Of a stretch of DNA of 64,000 nt, positions 57,770 through 64,000 are shown piece by piece (the stretch's first letter is position 1; the number at the start of each line of letters is the position of its first letter). Source of the stretch: Longimicrobiales bacterium. GTDB lineage: Bacteria > Gemmatimonadota > Gemmatimonadetes > Longimicrobiales > Gaopeijiaceae. The position numbers and the translations under genes are program-made. The notes below the pieces were generated by a model. That model saw only the letters and a program-made list of their open reading frames with translations, did no database searches and was not told the DNA's origin. The stretch spans positions 2,624,001 to 2,688,000 of the forward strand of contig OZ241869.1 in assembly GCA_965202805.1 (NCBI GenBank), in the 5' to 3' direction.

Positions 57770-58935
57770 TCGGGCATCGCGCGCAACATGTATTGATCGA
57801 ACATGGGAACGGTGAACGCCGTTTCTCCGTGAGCAGGACTCCAGATCATCCCTTTCCGGATCAGGCCCGTGCGGATTGGTCCTGCCGAAGTAACCGCAAC
57901 CCCCAGCTCTGTCGCTACTGCCCCCGAGCGGTGTGGACCTGGGCCGAGTTGCGCCATTGCCCTCAGATACTCCTGCTCCCTGGGCGTAAGGCGGTCGAAG
58001 CGAACGCGGAAGAAGCTCGCGTCCAGAGCGGCAATCACCCTTTCCCTGGCCGACTCGACATCATCGAGAGTCACCGGTGATTCGGAAGCGATGTTCCAGC
58101 AATGCGCTCCCCACTCCTGAAGAAAATACGGATAGCCTTCGGTCTGATGACCGATCTGTGACAGCGCGTCATCTTCGATTTCGGCTCCCGCCTCCTCGAT
58201 CGGCCCTCGAATGGCCTCTGCTATGGCATTCTCGTCGAGTGGACCAACCTCGGGGAAATCGAATAGACGTTCCGCGTAGCTCTTGGCCTCGCCAGCTACC
58301 GCTGCGAGCTGCGGTAGCCCGGCACCGAACATGATCAGGGGTAATCCCGTTTGGCTAATTCGGTGCAGCGCAACGATGAGTGCGCCCAAGTCTTCGTCTG
58401 ACAGGTATTGGACCTCATCCACAAGGAGGGCTGCCGGTTTGTCGGCGGCTTTGGCCGCTTCACCGACGGCGACCAGGAGATCCGTAAGGTCGGTCTCGAG
58501 ATCGCCGGAAGCGGCCAGGCCCGGCTCTGGCGTCACGCCTACCTCAAACTCTGGGTAGGAGACCTTGAATGCGCTGGCGAAATTCCGGAGAGCGCCAAGG
58601 GCTCGGTTGCCAAGGACGCGGGCCTTCTCGCGGCCGCCAAGTTGATAAAGGAGACGGCCGAGTTTGGGGACGATGAGAGCTGCCAGGGGACGCCTCTCCG
58701 GGGCCTCGATCAGGGCGGTCAGGTACCCCGCAACCTCCGCAAGGTCTCCTATGCGGACGAGAAGGACGGTCTTGCCGACGCCTCGAAGGCCGAGAAGCAT
58801 CATGCTCTTCGCGTGTCGGCCAGCTTGGATTCGTCGTAGCGCGATATCCGCCGACACAAGCAATTCGTTGCGACCGGCCAAGGCTGGAGGCCGAGATCCC
58901 GCTCCGGGTGCGAACGGGTTGGCAACCGGATCCAT
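57766..58935 (-). CDS. AAA+ ATPase (AAA_16-like) with C-terminal winged helix
   Basis: NPFAPGAG, Walker A GLRGVGKT, Walker B LLVDEVQ, TEGYPYFLQ, C-terminal HTH; its stop overlaps the DUF2235 stop (CTAG). Confidence 0.9.
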   Translation of the reverse strand: MDPVANPFAPGAGSRPPALAGRNELLVSADIALRRIQAGRHAKSMMLLGLRGVGKTVLLVRIGDLAEVAGYLTALIEAPERRPLAALIVPKLGRLLYQLGGREKARVLGNRALGALRNFASAFKVSYPEFEVGVTPEPGLAASGDLETDLTDLLVAVGEAAKAADKPAALLVDEVQYLSDEDLGALIVALHRISQTGLPLIMFGAGLPQLAAVAGEAKSYAERLFDFPEVGPLDENAIAEAIRGPIEEAGAEIEDDALSQIGHQTEGYPYFLQEWGAHCWNIASESPVTLDDVESARERVIAALDASFFRVRFDRLTPREQEYLRAMAQLGPGPHRSGAVATELGVAVTSAGPIRTGLIRKGMIWSPAHGETAFTVPMFDQYMLRAMPD

Positions 58936-58950
58936 CGAACTTCCTTTGAG

Positions 58951-59008
58951 AGAGTTAGATCCAGTTAGATGCATCTAAGGCTAGATCCTGTCTAACTCCC
59001 ACTAACTC
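58951..59008. promoter_or_regulatory. Phased repeat/palindrome array upstream of the AAA-wHTH gene
   Basis: AGTTAGAT at 58953 and 58963, palindrome TTAGATGCATCTAA at 58965-58978, CTAACT at 58992 and 59002. Confidence 0.55.
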
Positions 59009-59178
59009 TGTCAAGATGCTGGTTCTTGTTGAGTGGCCCATAGGTGGACGTCGCGTGTTCCTGGTAGGATGCGCCGGTTTCCAGAGGACTGGCATCAGCC
59101 CGAGCCCACGCGACCTAGATCGAGCCAGCTCCCGACGAATCCGAATTCTCTCCGCTCTGCCTCAAGGCTAACACCCTC

Positions 59179-59655
59179 ATGCCAAAGAACATCGTCGTGT
59201 GCTGTGACGGTACGGGTAACGAGTACGGCTCGAACAACACCAACCACGCGGTCTCCATCGACGAACGGCGCAAGAAGTTTCCGGCCAACATGTGGCGCGA
59301 GGACGTCAAGGCCGATCACCAGACGATCGAGCAGGTCTGGTTCGTCGGCGTCCACTCCGATGTCGGCGGCTGGTATCGCGATGCCGACCTCTCCGACATC
59401 GCACTGGACTGGATGCTGGACAGGGCGCGGGCCCGGGGCTTGCACCTGAGATCGCACTGGCGCCGCAGGCTCTCACCCGATCCCGCGGATCGCCTCCACG
59501 CCTCGAGAACCGGCTTTTGGAGGCTGTGGAGGCCGGCGCCGCGACCCATCCCCGAAGGTGCGCTCATCCACGGGAGCGTGCTGGCGCGCATGGACGATCC
59601 GGCGCTGGGGTACGCGCCCGCCAACCTGCCCGGCGCGCATACGGTTGTGGAATAG
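59179..59655 (+). pseudogene. Second DUF2235 copy with a 492-bp in-frame internal deletion
   Basis: Nearly identical to 56795-57769 but lacks the equivalent of 56861-57352, including the GFSRG nucleophile. Confidence 0.9.
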
Positions 59656-59777
59656 GAGCTCACGACGGGCGGGATTGCGGCATCGTCCGGCAGGGTGAAG
59701 ATGGACCGGTGTCCGTCATGGCGGAGCAACTCCATGCAACCGAGAAGGAGTTCGCCGCGAAGTAAGGACGCCAGCGC

Positions 59778-59805
59778 CCACAAACCCTGACGTAACGTAA
59801 GGCTT
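59778..59805. repeat. 28-bp element CCACAAACCCTGACGTAACGTAAGGCTT, copy 1
   Basis: Identical to 63111-63138; dyad core CCT-G-ACGT-A-ACGT-A-AGG; followed by IR GCGCTTGA...TCAAGCGC (59806-59832). Confidence 0.9.
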
Positions 59806-59940
59806 GCGCTTGACCGCTCGCCAATCAAGCGCGTCGCCAAGCGGTTACCTTTCTCGCATTCCTATATGTCCTTATCCTTGCGGGCCGCGTGGCCGTTCGG
59901 GCCTTCCTGACCCCTCATCTATCCGGAAGATACGCCAGAG

Positions 59941-60657
59941 GTGACCCAATCGTCCTTCCCCGTTCAACTGGAGCGTCCGTCCTACCCGGCGGCCGAGGCC
60001 GGCCGTCTGGTTGGGCTCACCGCGAGCAGGGTGCGGCGGTGGCTGGGCGCGTATGGCTACAGCTACGGTGACGCCGTGCGTCACCAACCCCCGGTGCTGC
60101 GTCGTGGCGCGACCGGTTCGTACGCGTCTTTCCTGGATCTCGTGGACCTGCTCTTCGTGAAGCAGTTTCTGGATCATGGCATTTCGCTGCAGAAGGTGCG
60201 CCGTGCACTTGACGAAGCTCACGACATTCTCGGGACGAACCACTTCGCAAGGCAGTCGTTTTTTGCCGACGGCGCGGACATCTACCTCGAAGTTCGAGAA
60301 AACGGAGAAGCGATCCTGGAACTGCTGTCAGATGGGCAGTGGGTGATCGCACCGGTCATTCGGCAGCTCGCCACCGAGATCGACTTCGCGTCCCCGGAGG
60401 GCTTGGCGCGCCGGTGGTTCCCCTTGGGGCGAAACAGACCTGTCGTGCTGGACCCTTTCGTGTCGTTCGGCGCGCCCACGGTCGTCGGGCACGGCGTGAA
60501 GACCGCCAACGTTCACGATCTCTTCGTCGCCGAGAACGAGAAGCTGGCGGCGGTTCGCGCCTGGTGGGACCTTGCCGAGGGTGAAGTGGAGGCGGCGGTA
60601 GAGTTCGAACGCCGCCATCAAGATTACACTCCATACCTTCCGGCTGGAGCCGCATAG
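59941..60657 (+). CDS. DUF433-domain antitoxin (VapB45-like HTH + DUF433)
   Basis: YPAAEAGRLVGL..SRVRRW, SFLDLVDL, GISLQKVR, VVLDPFVSFGAP, EVEAAVEFE. Confidence 0.85.
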   Translation: MTQSSFPVQLERPSYPAAEAGRLVGLTASRVRRWLGAYGYSYGDAVRHQPPVLRRGATGSYASFLDLVDLLFVKQFLDHGISLQKVRRALDEAHDILGTNHFARQSFFADGADIYLEVRENGEAILELLSDGQWVIAPVIRQLATEIDFASPEGLARRWFPLGRNRPVVLDPFVSFGAPTVVGHGVKTANVHDLFVAENEKLAAVRAWWDLAEGEVEAAVEFERRHQDYTPYLPAGAA

Positions 60658-61814
60658 GGCAAGGGCCGCGTTATCCGCCCCGGATGACGGGCCCGGTAGT
60701 GCGAGGGGTGGACGAGAACGTAGGCCTTTCCGGTGAGGTGGTCGATGGCATTCATGATCGGCCCGAAAGAGTGGTGCGCGAAGCGGGAGCTTTGCAGAAT
60801 CACGATATCTGGACCGAGGATTCGGATTTCGTCCAGGATTAGCTTGACCTCCTTCGTCCGGTCCAGGAACTTCTGGGTGCTCTTTTGCTGCAAAGTGTTT
60901 TCCGCTCCGTGCCATGCCCATTTGTAGATGTTGGAGAAGGCCAGGTAGGAGAGCGGGTTTTCCGAGGGTAGGCCCTCGCCTTTCCGTAACAAGGCTTGGC
61001 AGCTGTCCTTGGAATCCTGGAGCCTCTCCCAGCCCCACTCCGGAGGGCATCCGTAGCGTAGCATGGTGACGTAGGTTCCGGCGATGTGAGGGTTGAAACC
61101 TGTCTGAACCTTCTCTTGGGGCTCCAGCCCTGCCTGCCATTCGTCGGTCGTCCAGATCCCTTCGGGATTCATGTCGTACCCGACGTTCAGACCGAAGACG
61201 AGGACACGGTTTACCTCCGGGTCTGAGCCGTACTTCGTTCCGACATGGGGGTAACAAGCGATCTTCCACTCCTCCCGTCCCTTCAGCAAGCCGGTCGCGG
61301 GATCTACCCCCATGTCCTCGAAGAACTCTGCGTAGCGCTCTTCCAGTTGGTCTACCAGTTCTTCGACCAGATCGCTGCTTCTACCGTCGGCCCTTCTCGG
61401 CCCAAGCCGTTTCGGAGGCAAGCCCCCTACGTTGACTGCCTCTCCGGCTGTCGTCCGGCCAGGAGCGTCTTTCGCACCCTCGCCAAATCCGATCACTGTG
61501 AAGGAGGCACCGGGATACCCCATCTGCTGGATCACCTCCCGGCACGACGCCTGAAGGTTGTCGCGCGTGACCCAACGAACGTTCGCCCACAGATCCGGGT
61601 CAAGCCGCAGAAAATCTCGGTAACTCGGCTTCAAGAAAAAGCGCTTTCCACCGCGCCAGATCAGCCACGGGAACCGGTCGGACGCGGCACACTTGCGCAA
61701 CGCATCCGGGTTCATGCGGTTTAGCTCCGGGAGCAGGTGTCTGAGCACATCGCGTAGCTTGGCCCGGGTGTGGCGTTCACCGAACAGGAGGTATTCGCAG
61801 GAGGTGACGGGCAT
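60624..61814 (-). CDS. Two-domain protein with C-terminal uracil-DNA-glycosylase-superfamily fold
   Basis: PHVG..Y...VLVFGLNVG (motif A-like), AFSNIYK, EIRILGPDIVIL, LVHPS (motif B). Confidence 0.65.
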   Translation of the reverse strand: MPVTSCEYLLFGERHTRAKLRDVLRHLLPELNRMNPDALRKCAASDRFPWLIWRGGKRFFLKPSYRDFLRLDPDLWANVRWVTRDNLQASCREVIQQMGYPGASFTVIGFGEGAKDAPGRTTAGEAVNVGGLPPKRLGPRRADGRSSDLVEELVDQLEERYAEFFEDMGVDPATGLLKGREEWKIACYPHVGTKYGSDPEVNRVLVFGLNVGYDMNPEGIWTTDEWQAGLEPQEKVQTGFNPHIAGTYVTMLRYGCPPEWGWERLQDSKDSCQALLRKGEGLPSENPLSYLAFSNIYKWAWHGAENTLQQKSTQKFLDRTKEVKLILDEIRILGPDIVILQSSRFAHHSFGPIMNAIDHLTGKAYVLVHPSHYRARHPGRITRPLPYAAPAGRYGV

Positions 61815-61908
61815 CAGTCTGGCCAGTTGGGGTCAAGCGGGCGTCCCGGCACCGGCGGAAGCCTTGCCCCACTCACCGAGGGGTTAGCCGGTGTCCATCG
61901 CGGCGCCA

Positions 61909-62898
61909 TCAGTCCGGCGGTGGGAAATGCGCCGTCAGGAAGCGCTCTATCTGCTCAAGTCGGTCGTCGAGCGCCTTGCCGGCCCGGTACCCGCCATCGT
62001 CGTACTTGCCAAGCGCGGCAGTAGCCTTGTCTTCGTCGATGTGCGGAAACCACTCAGCGAACTGTCCCGGACCTACCCAGATACTCAGGCCTCCGCCGCT
62101 CTCCCTCGCCCGCGGCCCCGCGTACATCAGGAATCGAGTTCGGTTTGCCGGCGGCGCAACTCTCACGGATGCCCGTTGCGGCTGCACTGGGAGGCCAGCC
62201 TGCTCGGACATCTTGACAAAGCGATCGAACTGCTCGCGCACGCCCACCTCCTCAGCGAAGGCACGGATCTTTTCAACGGTGTACCGGCGTTTTGGAGGTG
62301 CTGGCTCGGTCGGTTCGTCAACGACTTCACGAATCAGAAGCAGCGGCCCGTCCTGCAGCTTGAACACCTCGAAGCTGACGACACCGATCGGGACTCCGAA
62401 GCGTGCGAGAAACTCGTTCATGCGCTCCAGGCCTGAGTGGATTCCTGCACCAACGAGCAGCACGGCGATCTCGCGCTCCTCCCCCTCGCCAGCCAATTGC
62501 TGCTTCACTTTTTCCGACAGCGTTTCCTCGTTACCGTACCTGCCGAGGTTGGCCTTCAGCTTCCCGTAGAGTTTGTCCGCGTCGAGTCGGGCTAGCGACG
62601 AAGCGTAGTAGAGCGCCTGTCCGAGCGCGCCGGAATCGAGCCTCCCGGGCTTGATCTCGATCACCAGCCAGCGATCCCGTGAGTCGATCGCCAGAAGGTC
62701 CAGCTGTCCGTCGTCGATTCTCACCTGGCGACCGACCAGGGTGTATCCCTCCCCGATCAGCGTCACGTCGTTTACGATCCAGTTTTCGAAATGTCGCTCC
62801 AGTCCGATGTGGGAGCGCGCGATTTTCTGCGGTTGCGACCGTTGCGGGCCATCGTCGCCCCGCTGAGCATCCATGCTCCAAGCCGCCAAGTTCGTCAT
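61909..62898 (-). CDS. NucS/EndoMS-like PD-(D/E)XK endonuclease domain protein
   Basis: LERHFENWI...LVGRQV...LDLLAID...LVIEIK...ALGQALYYA (D...ExK...QxxxY); GAGGAAGG RBS. Confidence 0.85.
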   Translation of the reverse strand: MTNLAAWSMDAQRGDDGPQRSQPQKIARSHIGLERHFENWIVNDVTLIGEGYTLVGRQVRIDDGQLDLLAIDSRDRWLVIEIKPGRLDSGALGQALYYASSLARLDADKLYGKLKANLGRYGNEETLSEKVKQQLAGEGEEREIAVLLVGAGIHSGLERMNEFLARFGVPIGVVSFEVFKLQDGPLLLIREVVDEPTEPAPPKRRYTVEKIRAFAEEVGVREQFDRFVKMSEQAGLPVQPQRASVRVAPPANRTRFLMYAGPRARESGGGLSIWVGPGQFAEWFPHIDEDKATAALGKYDDGGYRAGKALDDRLEQIERFLTAHFPPPD

Positions 62899-63110
62899 CG
62901 TCTGCCTTCCTCAGCGTTAGTCCGCGCGTCAACTGGATTGGTAGACGGCAAGCGTAAGTGTCGGTCCGGCGAGAACACAACTCGGGGCGCGACCTCATGA
63001 ACTCGCCCATCGTACAGAATCAGGAAATCCCAGCCGACACCGAGTGGCTCTGGCACGAGAGGGCCATCGTCGAGGGGATCCTGGCTGGCGTTAACCGCTG
63101 TCATGCGCCT

Positions 63111-63138
63111 CCACAAACCCTGACGTAACGTAAGGCTT
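63111..63138. repeat. 28-bp element, copy 2
   Basis: Identical to 59778-59805; followed by palindrome GCGCTCGAGCGC (63140-63151). Confidence 0.9.
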
Positions 63139-63213
63139 TGCGCTCGAGCGCCCTTTGCGGTGGCTCTTGTGGCATTAGTTGACACAAAACGCGGGAAATA
63201 CCATCTTCACGCT

Positions 63214-63555
63214 ATGGCTACCCGGCAGACTCGAAACATCTCGCTACCACCCCAACTGGACGCCTTCGTCGAACGACTGGTCTCGCGTGGACGCTACCGA
63301 ACCGCTAGCGAAGTGGTTCGGCACGGCTTGCGGCTGCTGGAGGAAGCAGAGCACCGGAGGCTTCTTGAGAAGTGGATCTACGAGGGACTGAGCGACGAAG
63401 AGAGGAAGAGGATGTCACCTGCGCTCCTGGATCGCGCCCGGACACACTTCCGCAGACTCGCCGAAGCTACACTTCGCGAAGTTGCGGACGGACGTGTGTC
63501 CGACGGACAAGCTGCCATGCAGCGGCTGAGAGAACGCATTGAGGCCCAGACCTGA
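63214..63555 (+). CDS. parD: ParD-family (CC2985-like) RHH antitoxin
   Basis: RNISLPPQLDAFVERLVSRGRYRTASEVVRHGLRLLEE signature. Confidence 0.88.
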   Translation: MATRQTRNISLPPQLDAFVERLVSRGRYRTASEVVRHGLRLLEEAEHRRLLEKWIYEGLSDEERKRMSPALLDRARTHFRRLAEATLREVADGRVSDGQAAMQRLRERIEAQT

Positions 63556-63648
63556 GTGCCGACAGGCTACAGGCTCAGCCAGACTGCGCTGGAGGAACTT
63601 GAGGAGATCCTCCTCCATGTATCGGAACGGTCCGGGACGGAGTTATGA
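63556..63648 (+). pseudogene. Truncated ParE/RelE toxin (30 codons)
   Basis: GTG directly after the parD stop: MPTGYRLSQTALEELEEILLHVSERSGTEL*, a ParE N-terminus followed by a premature stop. Confidence 0.7.
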
Positions 63649-63698
63649 CTCATGAGAATAATCGTTATGGCCCATGTCCCATAACTATGGCGCGAGGG

Positions 63699-63893
63699 TC
63701 ACAACTTTGGGTTGCCGTCCTCCGGCAGCCCGTACCACGTGCCTCTCTTCTTGCCGTGCATGACCAGTTCGCCTCGACGGGTCAGTCGAGCCAGGATCCG
63801 GCTCGCCTGCTTCGGATGAACCTTGCAGAGTTCAGCTGCGTCGCGACGGGCGATCCGGCGGTGCGCGGCCACCTACTGAAGCACGAGCTGGCG
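63699..63893 (-). pseudogene. C-terminal winged-helix relic of an AlbA_2/RecG-C-type regulator
   Basis: Manual translation RQLVLQ*VAAHRRIARRDAAELCKVHPKQASRILARLTRRGELVMHGKKRGTWY...; in-frame TAG at 63873-75. Confidence 0.55.
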
Positions 63894-63913
63894 TGAAATG
63901 GGCACCTGCACCG

Positions 63914-64000
63914 CTAGTCGGGCATCGCGCGCAACATGTATTGATCAAACATGGGAACGGTGAACGCCGTTTCTCCGTGAGCGGGACTCCAGATCATCCC
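63914..64000 (-). CDS. 3' end of a second copy of the AAA-wHTH ATPase (continues beyond window)
   Basis: 63914-64000 matches 57766-57852 with two synonymous-position differences. Confidence 0.85.
   Translation of the reverse strand, partial: GMIWSPAHGETAFTVPMFDQYMLRAMPD

Noticed and set aside
62895..63104. 69-codon ORF with GGAGG RBS next to the second 28-bp site
   Set aside because: No recognisable family; possibly a gene fragment, too weak to call
59778..63151. 28-bp repeats considered as integron attC, dif or CRISPR repeats
   Set aside because: No RYYYAAC/GTTRRRY ends, no XerC/D arm match, 3.3 kb apart, and no integrase or cas gene in the window
63873..63875. In-frame TAG in the wHTH fragment considered as pyrrolysine or recoding
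   Set aside because: The fragment lacks its N-terminal domains and the TAG falls at an expected Tyr codon, so ordinary decay is more likely
1..64000. tRNA, rRNA, riboswitch or clear intrinsic terminator
   Set aside because: None recognisable by eye; Infernal/tRNAscan-SE would be needed to exclude them

Overview
High-GC bacterial chromosome segment. Gene content and style suggest Gemmatimonadota, possibly a sponge-associated lineage (inference only). Positions 1-46.2 kb are mostly core and envelope genes: a BNR/VPS10-repeat hydrolase, a DnaQ-like exonuclease, ggt, sucA, pgeF, three glycosyltransferases, the large NAD-glutamate dehydrogenase, and a tightly coupled minus-strand operon (aminotransferase, P1B-ATPase, NosR-like FMN/4Fe-4S protein, apbE, lutABC, ppx). 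After these come a PQQ dehydrogenase, sodC, a giant spondin/Calx/cadherin/Ig-repeat surface protein and a zinc metalloprotease. Positions ~46.3-64 kb are a lower-GC, decaying defence/toxin-antitoxin island. It carries IS1595 and IS110 remnants, an MTase-REase fusion, a GmrSD(DUF262)-Schlafen/AlbA_2 fusion, a NucS-like nuclease next to a UDG-fold protein, duplicated DUF2235 and AAA-ATPase genes, and several antitoxins whose toxins are truncated or missing. Highlights: (1) an OsmC-family selenoprotein split by an in-frame UGA at the catalytic Cys position, followed by a SECIS-like hairpin (11673-12149); (2) a palindromic motif CCTGACGTWACGTMAGG found three times, once inside sucA with rare codons and twice as an identical 28-mer upstream of antitoxin genes; (3) a candidate modified-base defence module (nuclease plus UDG-fold glycosylase, near GmrSD-Schlafen); (4) a tandem-domain candidate nucleoid protein. 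I saw no rRNA, tRNA or CRISPR array.
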